A stretch of DNA of 64,000 nucleotides from Infirmifilum sp. (GTDB taxonomy: Archaea; Thermoproteota; Thermoprotei; Thermofilales; Thermofilaceae), in assembly GCA_041287245.1 (NCBI GenBank), contig JBEULP010000003.1:64001-128000 (forward strand), written 5' to 3'. Position 1 is the stretch's first letter, and each line of letters opens with the position of its first letter. Positions 19,902-29,665 of this stretch are shown one piece after another. The translations under genes were made by a program, and so were the position numbers. The notes beneath the pieces are model-generated. The model was not told the origin of the DNA and ran no database searches. It was given only the letters and a program-made list of their open reading frames with translations.

Positions 19902-20007
19902 ATCAAACCTTGCCTATAAACCCTCACACGCTTTAAAAGCATTGAGCCTAAGAGACCCTTAGGCGCGCGAAAAAACTTTTAACCCAACCGCTCAACTAAC
20001 TCAGAGG

Positions 20008-20110
20008 GGGCCCGTAGTCTAGTGGTGAGGATGCCGCCCTTACAAGACGTATAAGGGTGGGGTTCGTCTGAGAACGGCGGTGGTCCCGGGTTCGAATCCC
20101 GGCGGGCCCA
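20008..20110 (+). tRNA. tRNA-Val(TAC) with 30-nt intron at 37/38 (20045-20074)
   Basis: Cloverleaf GGGCCCG/CGGGCCC; BHB CUUA:UGAG with 3-nt bulges. Confidence 0.93.
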
Positions 20111-20132
20111 TGGTTTTACGCGAGAAAACAGG

Positions 20133-20189
20133 GGGCTCAGCGGGGTTCGACTCATCACTCTCAGCCCTCGCAATTGATCATCACAGCCC
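20133..20189 (-). ncRNA. C/D-box methylation guide sRNA
   Basis: GTGATGA-guide-CTGA-GTGATGA-guide-CTGA with GGGCT/AGCCC terminal stem; TATA-like TTTTTAT about 25 nt upstream. Confidence 0.88.
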
Positions 20190-20233
20190 ATTAGAGAGAA
20201 ACAATGCCAGGATAAAAACTTAGGTTGACTCCT

Positions 20234-20860
20234 CTAGGCGTTGCTTCTAGCCTTTAAGCTTTTTAAAGCGTTTCTCGACACCGAGACCGTCATGTTTACG
20301 CTGTTCACCCAAATGGGAAGCACCCTTTTTTCAAGCACCCCGGCTACGTAGTCAAGAGTATGCGGAGAGTAATAGAAGTTGACCTGGACTGACACGCCCT
20401 CCTTTTCCAGAATGTTCTCCAACACCTCCCTGACTCCTTCCGGCATTTCTCTCGGATCACAAGCAACAAGGTTTCCACTGGCCACCGTATCTAACCTGTG
20501 AACCCAAACATCGGCTACATAGCCGTTGAACAACTCTCCAGGAGAGCTGAGATAGGCGGGGATTTTAAGAAGAACATATTCAACCTCGCCGCCTGGCTTA
20601 ATTGTAGCGACCTCGCCGCAGTCAGCGGTATAGCGGCGCAGGCATAACGTATAGCCTCCTGAGATTTTCACAACGGGGATTACTCTGAAGAAGGCTTTCC
20701 GGTCCTCGTAGCGCACGACAACTCCCCTATCACTGGTCTTCGCAGGATCAATAGGGAGCCCGAGCAGGGATACCCGGTAAAGAGCCTCCAAGGCTATGTC
20801 GGCAAGCGCCTTGCCGATCAGAGCCTCGACTTCGCGGGCGATAGTGACTTCCTGGTGCAT
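20234..20860 (-). CDS. Hypothetical protein
   Basis: 208 aa ORF filling the space between neighbours; no motif recognised. Confidence 0.65.
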   Translation of the reverse strand: MHQEVTIAREVEALIGKALADIALEALYRVSLLGLPIDPAKTSDRGVVVRYEDRKAFFRVIPVVKISGGYTLCLRRYTADCGEVATIKPGGEVEYVLLKIPAYLSSPGELFNGYVADVWVHRLDTVASGNLVACDPREMPEGVREVLENILEKEGVSVQVNFYYSPHTLDYVAGVLEKRVLPIWVNSVNMTVSVSRNALKSLKARSNA

Positions 20861-20912
20861 AACACACCTTGATTTCCTGAAGCAACCGGCCCCCTTATGT
20901 TACTTTCGCGCT

Positions 20913-21836
20913 TTAGACACGTACGGCGAGAAGCCCGTATCCTTTTTCAACTCTTTTTACAACAAAACCTGCTTTCCTCAGCCTCTCTGCAACCCCTCTT
21001 TGAATATCTAATCCCCGGTGTTTTCCGGGAGAGCCCGTGTAGTGGAAGAGCCTCCCGCGCTTTTTGAGAATACGTGCAAGCTTTACGTAGAACTCGGTAC
21101 TGTACAGCTTTGGAGCAAAGGCGAAAACCGGCGGGTCGTGGAGTATGAAGTCGAAGCCCTCCTCGGGAAAAACGTCGATAACCTGGAGAGCGTCGCCCAA
21201 AAGTATTTCTACCCTGCTGAGCTCCCTTGAGAACGGGTTGTGCTCTGCTATTCTGAGGACGTTCAGGTCAGCCTCTATGGTGATTATACTAGCCCCTCTT
21301 CTATACGCTTCCGTCGCAGTGTATCCAAGTCCCGTGCATATGTCTAGCCCTTTCTCACCCCTCCGGACGGCCAGCATGTCCACCTTGCGCTTCGCGTCGC
21401 GATCAGGCGTCGTCCCGGAAATGTTGTGCATGTGTATACCGTCTATCTCTACGGTGGGCGGAGTCCTCTCCCCGAGGTAGCGTAACTTGTAATAGTGTTT
21501 GTCTCTAATCTCTACCAGGTAAGGTTCCCCCAAATCCGGGATAAACAACAACCTATCCGTTTCCACGATTTTTTCCAGCAACCTTGCATCAACAATCCTA
21601 TCACCCTCTTCAAGCAAGAACACCACGCCGCCACCGGCGTCCCGCATAACCTCCACTTGCCTCAAGCCGAAATCGACGGGAACATCTCCGCGAGTTAGAC
21701 CTAGAGTCACGCGCGCCGTGTATGGAGTGACAACGATGCCTCTCTTAGGAGAGAAAACATACTTCTCAACCAACGGAAACACCTGTAATCGAAGAGTCGG
21801 TATTATAGAAAAAGTTATTATGCCCTTCTGTATCAA
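20913..21836 (-). CDS. Archaeal SAM-dependent methyltransferase (COG2521-like); true start probably about 21770
   Basis: PTVEIDGIHMH, LDICTGLGYTA, HDPP, LFHYTG. Confidence 0.8.
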   Translation of the reverse strand: MIQKGIITFSIIPTLRLQVFPLVEKYVFSPKRGIVVTPYTARVTLGLTRGDVPVDFGLRQVEVMRDAGGGVVFLLEEGDRIVDARLLEKIVETDRLLFIPDLGEPYLVEIRDKHYYKLRYLGERTPPTVEIDGIHMHNISGTTPDRDAKRKVDMLAVRRGEKGLDICTGLGYTATEAYRRGASIITIEADLNVLRIAEHNPFSRELSRVEILLGDALQVIDVFPEEGFDFILHDPPVFAFAPKLYSTEFYVKLARILKKRGRLFHYTGSPGKHRGLDIQRGVAERLRKAGFVVKRVEKGYGLLAVRV

Positions 21837-21846
21837 GTTTTTTCAG

Positions 21847-21953
21847 GCGGGGGTGCCCGAGCTAGGTCAAAGGGGGCGGACTGAGGACGCGCCACATGCG
21901 TGTTAGAGCTCCGCTGGCGTCGGCCTGCCCGGGTTCGAATCCCGGCCCCCGCA
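21847..21953 (+). tRNA. tRNA-Leu(GAG) with 22-nt intron at 37/38 (21887-21908)
   Basis: GCGGGGG acceptor stem, long variable arm, BHB CUGA:UUAG. Confidence 0.93.
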
Positions 21954-22040
21954 CTACCTTTTACGGGGGATTGGGGGCTTATAGGCGCGCGAGCTCTTTT
22001 TATAGTTGGGGTGGTGTTTTCTCCGTAGAGGTGTTGAGAT

Positions 22041-22613
22041 TTGGGCTCTCAGGGTCGTGTTCCCGTACCCGTCGACCCGGATCGGATAGGACTGATTGTC
22101 GGACGTGACGGTTCTAATAAACGTAGGGTAGAGGAGGCTTTCAAGGTAAAGGTTTACGTGGACGGCGAAAAAGGGTTTGTTTTCATAGAGCCGAGTGAGG
22201 GAGCGACGATGTATGACGTGTTCAAGGCTAAGAAGGCTGTTGAGGCTCTAGCCTTGGGCTTCACTATAGACGATGTCCTCCTACTTGCAGAAGATGTATA
22301 CGACTTCGAGGTTGTTGACTTGAGTGATGTTACGAGAAGCCAAGCAGACCTTGTGAGAGTGAAGTCAAGGATCATAGGGTCGGAGGGGAAGTTCCGTAAG
22401 ACTTTGGAGGAGATCACTGGGGTAAAAACGGTTATCGGGGACAAGGTTGTCGGTTTAATCGGTGACTACGAGCAGCTAAAGCTTGCGAAAGACGCTATCT
22501 CACGGCTTGTAAGAGGCCAGTCACACCAAACGGTTATCAAGTTTCTGGAGCGTGAGAGCTATGGATTGCGGCGTCGCAGACTTGACCTTTGGGAGAAAAT
22601 CAATCAGGTCTGA
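22041..22613 (+). CDS. KH-domain ribosome biogenesis protein (Dim2/Pno1-like)
   Basis: Two KH motifs (IVGRDG, IIGSEG); adjacent to rio1. Confidence 0.88.
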   Translation: MGSQGRVPVPVDPDRIGLIVGRDGSNKRRVEEAFKVKVYVDGEKGFVFIEPSEGATMYDVFKAKKAVEALALGFTIDDVLLLAEDVYDFEVVDLSDVTRSQADLVRVKSRIIGSEGKFRKTLEEITGVKTVIGDKVVGLIGDYEQLKLAKDAISRLVRGQSHQTVIKFLERESYGLRRRRLDLWEKINQV

Positions 22614-22615
22614 AT

Positions 22616-23368
22616 ATGCCGAAGGAACGGATTGAGAAGGACTCGGAGCTTAAAGAGGTTCTCGAAGACGTATTTGATTATCGCACCGTTATGGCTGTAT
22701 ACCGCCTTATGAATAGAGGGGTTTTGAAGAAACTCTACGGGACTGTGTCGACTGGAAAAGAGGCTCGTGTCTACTGGGGGAAGACTCCCAGGGATGAGGA
22801 TGTTGCTGTGAAAATTTACCTTGTGTGGACTTCGGAGTTCAGAAAAAACAGGTTGAAGTACATTGTGGGTGACCCTCGTTTCGAAAATATAACGCGAGAT
22901 CCTATTAAATTCATTAGTCTTTGGTGTAGGAAGGAGTTCCGCAACCTCAAGAGGGCTCATTCCGTAGGACTTCCTGTACCCCGTCCAATAGCTTTTGAAG
23001 AGAATATCCTTGTGATGGAGTTTTTAGGGGAGAGGGGACTCCCATACCCACTCTTAAAGAATATTTCCCCCAAGAACCCCGACAAGATCTTCCAGGATGT
23101 GAAAAGATTCATATGGAGACTGTACACGGAGGCTGAGCTCGTGCACGCGGACCTCTCGGAGTATAACGTCATGTTGAAGGGTGACGATCAAATTATAGTG
23201 ATAGATTTTGGGTCTGCTGTTCTAAGGTCACACCCGAACGCGGTGGATTTCCTACGAAGCGACGTTGAAAACATATACAGGTTCTTCCAGAAGCTTGGAG
23301 TGGAAACAGGGCCGCCTGAAGAGTTTATAGAAAGCCTCCTTAACTCTGATGAGCCGGCCCAGGGTTAG
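22616..23368 (+). CDS. rio1: RIO1 serine kinase
   Basis: STGKEARVY, VAVKIY, HADLSEYN, IDFG. Confidence 0.93.
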   Translation: MPKERIEKDSELKEVLEDVFDYRTVMAVYRLMNRGVLKKLYGTVSTGKEARVYWGKTPRDEDVAVKIYLVWTSEFRKNRLKYIVGDPRFENITRDPIKFISLWCRKEFRNLKRAHSVGLPVPRPIAFEENILVMEFLGERGLPYPLLKNISPKNPDKIFQDVKRFIWRLYTEAELVHADLSEYNVMLKGDDQIIVIDFGSAVLRSHPNAVDFLRSDVENIYRFFQKLGVETGPPEEFIESLLNSDEPAQG

Positions 23369-24051
23369 CGCGTGCGTCTCGACGCGACGTATCGTCCTCT
23401 GAGCCTTATCTCCCGCATTTTCTCCAGCACCTTGTTAGTCATTGCATCGCCTGCCTTTTTCCTGTAACCCTCTACAAAACACTGGAAAAGGCTGTCAGCG
23501 AGTCTTGGATGTGAGCTTTCAAGTACGCGGAGCAAGAGGTGGATCTCCGTGCCTCTGTCCTCATCTCTCTGGGAGAAGAAACCTAGTCCGAAGTCGATGA
23601 GCCAGATGTGGCCACCACTTACTAGGAAGTTGCTTGTGGTGAGGTCTCCGTGGATTATACCGTTTAGATGAAGTGTGGCAACCATGTAGCCTGTCTCTTC
23701 CATCAACGGGCACACGAGCTCCTTATCGCCTCTATCGATGAGTTCCTTTATTTTCAAGCCCGGGACAAAAGACATTATTATCACTCCGCTCTCAGCGCTA
23801 AAAAACACTATGCTAGGCACCCTCAGGCCTAGAACACCTGCCTTCGCCATTAAATGCGCCTCAAGGCTTGTCCTACTCCGACGCAACTTAAGGTCAAGCG
23901 CCGGGTCACGGTAAGGCTTTGGTACTCTGCACTTAGCTATCACATCCTCTCCTGAGAGTATTCCGCGTATAAGAATAGCCTCAGCCCCTACAGCCACCTC
24001 TTCAAGCTGAGACAGTCCGTAGCCCTCGAGAACCCGTGTCACTTTCTCCAT
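23365..24051 (-). CDS. bud32: KEOPS kinase Bud32
   Basis: GAEA, PKPYRDPALD, HGDLTTSN, IDFGL, RGRY. Confidence 0.92.
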   Translation of the reverse strand: MEKVTRVLEGYGLSQLEEVAVGAEAILIRGILSGEDVIAKCRVPKPYRDPALDLKLRRSRTSLEAHLMAKAGVLGLRVPSIVFFSAESGVIIMSFVPGLKIKELIDRGDKELVCPLMEETGYMVATLHLNGIIHGDLTTSNFLVSGGHIWLIDFGLGFFSQRDEDRGTEIHLLLRVLESSHPRLADSLFQCFVEGYRKKAGDAMTNKVLEKMREIRLRGRYVASRRTR

Positions 24052-25028
24052 GGTATTTCAACCTCGTCCAGCCGCCAGAGAGGCCTAATTCTACTATCTT
24101 CTATGGGGACCTTAACACCGCTGGAGTAGGCTAGGGCACCCGTATATGCAATCATCGCCCCATTGTCCCCTGCAAGCTCGCCGACAACCCTTGAAACCCT
24201 CACACCCCTGGTCCGGCCCATGGCTTCGAGTTTTCCAAAGAGTATCTCGCTCCTTGCTACACCACCTGTAAGCACTACCTCCTTTTTGCCTGTGTGGGCC
24301 ACTGCGCGCTCCGTAACCTCCACGAGCATAGAGTAAGCTGTTTCAACCAGGCTAAAGCATAGGTCCTCCAATGCATACCGGTTCTCTTTGTAAAGCTTCA
24401 AGGCATACGTCAACAAGCCACTGTAGGAGAGATCCTGTCCCTTGACTATATAGGGTAGCTCGATGTAGTTGGAGCCTCTCTTGGCAAGCTCCTCTAGTTT
24501 GGGCACACCCGGGAAGCCCAGGCCTATCTCTCTAGCGAATGTATCCAAGCAGTTTCCAATGGGTATGTCAAGAGTCTCCCCGAAGACCCTGTATTTTCCC
24601 TCACTAAAAGCCGTGATAATCGTGTTACCCCCCGCTACATATACTACGACCGGATCCCTAGAGCCAGTGGACAATAAGGCTACCTCTACGTGTGCGACAG
24701 CATGGTTAACGGGTACAAGAGGCTTGTTATACTTGGCCGCTAAGAACCTGGCAAGTGTCGCGCCGACGCGCAGGCATGGTCCCATACCTGGACCTAGTGC
24801 CACAGCTACAGCGTCGACACTCCCTACGTCCAAACTTGCAGTCTCTAAAGCCTTTCTCAGAACCTCGGGAGCTACCCTACTGTGATGCTCGGCAGCTTCA
24901 CTTGGTTTTATCCCGCCGGAGGTTGGGTGATAGGTCTTATAGATGTTTGCTAGTATATTACCACGTTCTGTCGCTATTCCTACTCCAAAAGTATGTGCGG
25001 TTGATTCTATTCCTAAAACGATGACCAT
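24039..25028 (-). CDS. kae1: tRNA t6A synthase Kae1
   Basis: GIESTAH, GPGMGPCL, HAVAH, GETLD, DNGAMIA. Confidence 0.96.
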   Translation of the reverse strand: MVIVLGIESTAHTFGVGIATERGNILANIYKTYHPTSGGIKPSEAAEHHSRVAPEVLRKALETASLDVGSVDAVAVALGPGMGPCLRVGATLARFLAAKYNKPLVPVNHAVAHVEVALLSTGSRDPVVVYVAGGNTIITAFSEGKYRVFGETLDIPIGNCLDTFAREIGLGFPGVPKLEELAKRGSNYIELPYIVKGQDLSYSGLLTYALKLYKENRYALEDLCFSLVETAYSMLVEVTERAVAHTGKKEVVLTGGVARSEILFGKLEAMGRTRGVRVSRVVGELAGDNGAMIAYTGALAYSSGVKVPIEDSRIRPLWRLDEVEIPWRK

Positions 25029-25037
25029 CTTCAGCTC

Positions 25038-25196
25038 CTATAGGAACTCTGTATATCCACACTTGCCGCATGCCCAACGCTCGACGGGTTTCTTGTGATA
25101 AGCCATTATAGAGCCGCACCTCGGGCACTTCTTGTTTTTCAACTTGATGGTGCCGGTCTTGTAATCATACTCGTATAGCTTGCTGACCTCCGACAA
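25038..25196 (-). CDS. rps27ae: 30S ribosomal protein S27ae
   Basis: Below ORF-track cutoff: [52 protein letters not shown]. Confidence 0.93.
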   Translation of the reverse strand: MSEVSKLYEYDYKTGTIKLKNKKCPRCGSIMAYHKKPVERWACGKCGYTEFL

Positions 25197-25201
25197 AAAG
25201 A

Positions 25202-25528
25202 TCACCCTTGCTGTGGTTGAGCAGCAGCTTCTTCTTTTATAAGCCCGTTTCTTTTTAGAATATATGTCGGCTCAAACTCCCTTGCTTTTTCAAAAGACTC
25301 GTAGATGTGTATGGATGCACGGGTGGTGCAGGTGCCGTAGTCTGTGAGAACCTTCCGCACTACAACCACACTGTTGCCTGATAGGGCTAGAGTGCTCTTC
25401 ACCATCTCGGCGATCTGTTGCCTCGCCGGCGTGCCTGTGCCTGCGTGGTCGACCTCAACCACTAGTTCTCTGCGAGGAACCAGCTTGTTAACACGCTCTT
25501 TCAAGATTTTTACTACTCCCTGAGACAT
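25202..25528 (-). CDS. rps24e: 30S ribosomal protein S24e
   Basis: [22 protein letters not shown]; adjacent to rps27ae. Confidence 0.9.
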   Translation of the reverse strand: MSQGVVKILKERVNKLVPRRELVVEVDHAGTGTPARQQIAEMVKSTLALSGNSVVVVRKVLTDYGTCTTRASIHIYESFEKAREFEPTYILKRNGLIKEEAAAQPQQG

Positions 25529-25666
25529 ACTCTCCTTTCCGGCAATGGTTTCACATTCTTAAATATTTTGCACTTTCGCTCGCCTGCCCCCAATGAGACG
25601 TCTCTAGCGCATGAGCCGCGAAACGTTTAAACAAGCCTTCGTGTATCATATTACAAGGTGAGTTGC

Positions 25667-26176
25667 ATGGAGGATTTTGACCAATGGTTTAGAAGAGTAC
25701 GTAAGTTAATGGAAGATATGGATAAGATGTTTGAAGATATCATGCGTGAGCCTTTCCTTGAAGAGGGCGGCAGAAGTAGGGTCATCGGCCCATACTATTA
25801 TGGCTTCTCAGTTGAAATCGGGCCGGATGGTGTGCCAAAGGTTCGCGAGTGGGGCAATATACGCCCAGGGCCTATCCGGCCGGTCGTAAAGGATACTATT
25901 GAGCCATTTACCGACGTGTTCGACGAGGGAGACCACTACCGCATAATTATGGATCTACCGGGCGTAGAGAAAGACCAGATAAACGTTGAGACCACGGAAA
26001 ACTCTCTTGTGGTTTCTACTACGGGTGAGAGAAAATACTACAAGGAGGTATCATTAAAGGAGCCAATCAAGCCTGAAAGCGCTAAAGCACAGTATAAAAA
26101 CGGAGTTTTAACGATAACCGTAGAGAAAAAGGAGAAGAAAGCGAAGGAAAGAGGATTTAAAATCAAGGTTGAGTAA
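25667..26176 (+). CDS. Small heat shock protein Hsp20
   Basis: GPYYYGFS, DLPGVEK, AQYKNGVL. Confidence 0.93.
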   Translation: MEDFDQWFRRVRKLMEDMDKMFEDIMREPFLEEGGRSRVIGPYYYGFSVEIGPDGVPKVREWGNIRPGPIRPVVKDTIEPFTDVFDEGDHYRIIMDLPGVEKDQINVETTENSLVVSTTGERKYYKEVSLKEPIKPESAKAQYKNGVLTITVEKKEKKAKERGFKIKVE

Positions 26177-26178
26177 AT

Positions 26179-27450
26179 TTAAAGTTTTATTTCTACTTCT
26201 TCACCGAGGGATGGGACAATTGCTTCTCTACCGTTTTCTTGAACATACCTAGACATGGTTCTCTCAGCTTCAGGCTCCCCGTGTACAAGCAGAAATTTTG
26301 CGCTACTCTTAGAGATTCTTATGGATTCTATTAGCTCGCTTCTACCGCAATGGGCGGAAAAGTCGAACCATTCAACCCTAGCCTTAACAGTGCCCTTCTT
26401 TGTTGGAGATGCAAATATTCCCGTTTCGAGGATTTGCCGCGCCGGGGTTTGGGGAATTGCAAAGCTAACAAATATAACCGCGTTTTTCTCGTTCTCCATG
26501 ATCTTCTCCATATACCACTCGCTCGGCCCGCCGTGTAACATACCGGCTGGGGATATTATCACCGAGGGTTCTTCTACGGCTTTCTTGCGGTCGTTCCAGT
26601 CTCTGATTTTTCTCGCCATCTGTACTGCCTTCTCGTAGAGCCTAGGGTCTCTGAGCAGGTAGGCATCGTTCAGTATCAGCTCGCTGGCGGCGCGGGCCAT
26701 CCCGTCGAGATATATCTTGTAGGGAAAATTATACTTGGCGAGAACACATAGAATCTCTTGCGCTCTTCCAACAGCGAAGGACGGTATAAGTACTGTTCCA
26801 CCGTTCTCTATTACTTCTTTTACCGTAGCTATGAAGGCACTCTCAACCCAGTCCCTTGGAGGGTGATCATATTCAGCATATGTAGACTCGGTTATGACAA
26901 GGTCTGCATTCGCGAGCTCAGATTTATTACCCATGCGTAGAAGGCACGTGTCATGCAATGCATAGTCGCCGGTGTATAGGATAGTGTAACTACCCGTATC
27001 GATCGAGATCATTGAGCTACCGGGAATATGGCCTGCGTCGATTAAGCGGATTGTAACCCCGTTGAAATCGTATTCCTCGTCGTATCCCTTCAGGCTAGCA
27101 TTCTCGAGAGCCTTCCTCACCTCCTCGTATTCATACGGCACGTAGTACTTTGAGAGTTTAAGGAAGTCCCTTATGAGAAGGTCAGAAAGCGTCATCGTGA
27201 GAGATGTCATTAAGAGCGGAGGAGAACCTGAGACGTACAAGAGGGGCACAGCGCCACTGTGATCCAGGTGAGCATGGGACACTGCTACCAGCCCTACTTC
27301 ACGTGGTTTTACCGGTAGAGGAAACTGCGGCTCCTCGCCCTCGAGGCTCACACCATAGTCAAGCAGTATTTTTCGTCCATCATCAAGAGTTACGAGTATG
27401 CCCGATCTTCCTACCTCCTGCGCCGCTCCAAGCAGTTTTACTTTCATCAA
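26179..27450 (-). CDS. Beta-CASP metallo-beta-lactamase ribonuclease (aCPSF2-like)
   Basis: EVGRS, SHAHLDHSG, AGHIPGS, TESTY, FAVGRAQE, FSAH, VHGE; no N-terminal KH domain. Confidence 0.9.
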   Translation of the reverse strand: MMKVKLLGAAQEVGRSGILVTLDDGRKILLDYGVSLEGEEPQFPLPVKPREVGLVAVSHAHLDHSGAVPLLYVSGSPPLLMTSLTMTLSDLLIRDFLKLSKYYVPYEYEEVRKALENASLKGYDEEYDFNGVTIRLIDAGHIPGSSMISIDTGSYTILYTGDYALHDTCLLRMGNKSELANADLVITESTYAEYDHPPRDWVESAFIATVKEVIENGGTVLIPSFAVGRAQEILCVLAKYNFPYKIYLDGMARAASELILNDAYLLRDPRLYEKAVQMARKIRDWNDRKKAVEEPSVIISPAGMLHGGPSEWYMEKIMENEKNAVIFVSFAIPQTPARQILETGIFASPTKKGTVKARVEWFDFSAHCGRSELIESIRISKSSAKFLLVHGEPEAERTMSRYVQENGREAIVPSLGEEVEIKL

Positions 27451-27601
27451 TTATCTCCTGTTTCAAGCGGGTGAACGTAAAAAATAAATTTTATTGATCG
27501 CTGCCCGTAATATTCATCCTCAAAACGTTTGTTAGTTTGAAGATGCAGTGCCCCCTGTCAAAATGCGAAAACCTTAAGGCGCGTGTGAATACAGTGAAAT
27601 T

Positions 27602-28483
27602 ATGCGTTGTGAAGAAGCTTATCACAGCCTGGAGGCTTTTGCTGATAACGTCTACGAGTCCCGGGACTTCTTCGGCCTACCCGTTAAAGCCTTTGAGTTT
27701 GGATCACGTGAACACCCACCGTTACTTTTAGTCGGGGATCTTTATGGTTGTAGCCGCGCAGCTGAGGTTATTGTAGACACAATGCTGAGGTATACTGGCG
27801 ATGCACATATCGTAGCGGTCCCTTGTCCCTTCCCAAGTGTCTCTGAGGGGCTTTCAAAGTTGTCTAGAATCCTCGTGGGCGTGGAGTGCCAGGAACCCGA
27901 GAAATTCCGTGAGTTGTTATCACACGAGATTTCCCCCCTCTTTGAGAACAACAAGGTCTCTGTTTTCACGGCTGGAAATATTATTTTAGTTTTTCTTCAA
28001 GGAGGAGACACCCCGCAGATTGTAGAGCTTCACAACTCCTTTAAGGATCGCATGGTACTCTTTGTACGTGAAGATGGCTCGGTCGAGGTCTTTCAGATGC
28101 CCAGCAAAGAGGCCCTTACGGCGAGTTTGGAAAGCTTTTTAAAGGAGACGCCCACCCCGCTTTTAGCCGTAAATGTTAGATGTTGGAATCAAGGCGGGAG
28201 CTGTTTTTTCCTTCCTGAAAAATACTTCCCAGAAATCTCAGAGCTGGCAGCCCTCGCCTCCGCTCAACTCGAGGAAGCTCATCTTTGCCACGAGCCTATC
28301 CCTGGGGCGGAGCAGATCAGCAGGGGGGTTTTGAAGGTGCCAAGCGTGATGCTAAGTGAAGTCCTATCAGGAGATTTTCCAAGCTTAGAGTTGACGATTG
28401 GTTCGAAGAGCTACTTAGAAGCCTCACGATCAATTCTAGCAGTGCTTAACGCTGCTTATCTCTTGCGAGCTCTTCTCAGCTAA
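27602..28483 (+). CDS. Hypothetical protein, degenerate M14 carboxypeptidase-like fold
   Basis: GLPVKAFEFG...LLVGDLYGCS...AVPCPFP resembles the M14 N-terminus but lacks HxxE. Confidence 0.45.
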   Translation: MRCEEAYHSLEAFADNVYESRDFFGLPVKAFEFGSREHPPLLLVGDLYGCSRAAEVIVDTMLRYTGDAHIVAVPCPFPSVSEGLSKLSRILVGVECQEPEKFRELLSHEISPLFENNKVSVFTAGNIILVFLQGGDTPQIVELHNSFKDRMVLFVREDGSVEVFQMPSKEALTASLESFLKETPTPLLAVNVRCWNQGGSCFFLPEKYFPEISELAALASAQLEEAHLCHEPIPGAEQISRGVLKVPSVMLSEVLSGDFPSLELTIGSKSYLEASRSILAVLNAAYLLRALLS

Positions 28484-28546
28484 CCCCCTCAGTTCCCACA
28501 CGGAGCCCCTCATTAAATATATTTTATAGTTACAAGTCTAACAAAT

Positions 28547-29665
28547 GTGATTCCCTACGAGTTCGAGTTAAAACAGATTATTTCTCAGCGTGGCATCGCC
28601 GTCCAACCTTATTGCGTAGCTTCCAGTGCGAATCCCGCAAGCATAGAGGAGTGTCTTCAAGCCGTCAAACCCCCCTATGTCGTTAAGGCACAGGTAAGAG
28701 GGTGGGGAAGAGCCAAGGCAGGGCTTATAAGCTTCGCGGAGGACAAGGAAGAGGCTAGACGAATCGCCGTGGATCTCCTCAGCCGGACTTTTGACTCTAA
28801 ACCTATTAAGTATGTTGTTATTGCGCAGCGGCTGGATATTCTCAGGGAACTTTACCTTTCAATGATGATTGAACATAACCCCCCAGGCGTGTTGCTGCTT
28901 GCTTCAAGACTCGGTGGAGTGGACGTCGAATCTCAAACATCGGAGGGTGAATTGATCAAGATAAGGATAGATCCGTTCGAGGGGCTACGTAGTTATATGG
29001 TAAGGCGTGTTGCTCTCTTCCTTAGTGTTCCTCTCGAAGATACACGTAGGATATTAGAGGCCATGTACTCTATTCTCTGGGAATACAACCTTCACCTTTT
29101 AGAGCTAAATCCACTCGCAGTAACCGACAAGGGAGTTGTAGCACTAGACTCTAAGGCAATCGTGGATGACGATGCACTTGAGCTTAACCCTCGCCTGGCA
29201 GAGCTGAAGTCCCGTTATGAGGCGGAGCTTACTCGCGATGAGGCAGCCGCCAAGACATCGGGTTTTTCACTAGTAGATCTTACCGGCGACGTCGCAGTCG
29301 TGGGTAACGGTGCAGGGTTAACAATGGCTACTTTAGACGCGGTGGTGGAGGCGGGCGGAAGCCCCGGACTTTTTCTAGATCTGGGCGGTGGGGCCAGTGC
29401 CGAGAGAGTGGAGAAAGCCTTGTCCATAGTATTTGAAAAGTCCAGGATACGCCGAGTCCTTGTGAACATCCTAGGGGGGATCACGCGTTGCGACGAGGTA
29501 GCTCTCGGGGCTGTAAATGCCCTGCAGAGGTCACCGCGGAAAAACGTTAAGGTGGTCTTTAGGCTTTCAGGATTTAAAGAGAGCGAGGGACGTGAAATAC
29601 TTGTCAAGGCAGGTATTCCTGCGTTCCGTGACTTTGAAGAGGCTGTAAAAGAGGTGGTTAGCTGA
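28547..29665 (+). CDS. sucC: Succinyl-CoA ligase beta subunit
   Basis: VVKAQV, ELNPL, GNGAGLTMATLD, LDLGGG, GGITRCD. Confidence 0.9.
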   Translation: MIPYEFELKQIISQRGIAVQPYCVASSANPASIEECLQAVKPPYVVKAQVRGWGRAKAGLISFAEDKEEARRIAVDLLSRTFDSKPIKYVVIAQRLDILRELYLSMMIEHNPPGVLLLASRLGGVDVESQTSEGELIKIRIDPFEGLRSYMVRRVALFLSVPLEDTRRILEAMYSILWEYNLHLLELNPLAVTDKGVVALDSKAIVDDDALELNPRLAELKSRYEAELTRDEAAAKTSGFSLVDLTGDVAVVGNGAGLTMATLDAVVEAGGSPGLFLDLGGGASAERVEKALSIVFEKSRIRRVLVNILGGITRCDEVALGAVNALQRSPRKNVKVVFRLSGFKESEGREILVKAGIPAFRDFEEAVKEVVS

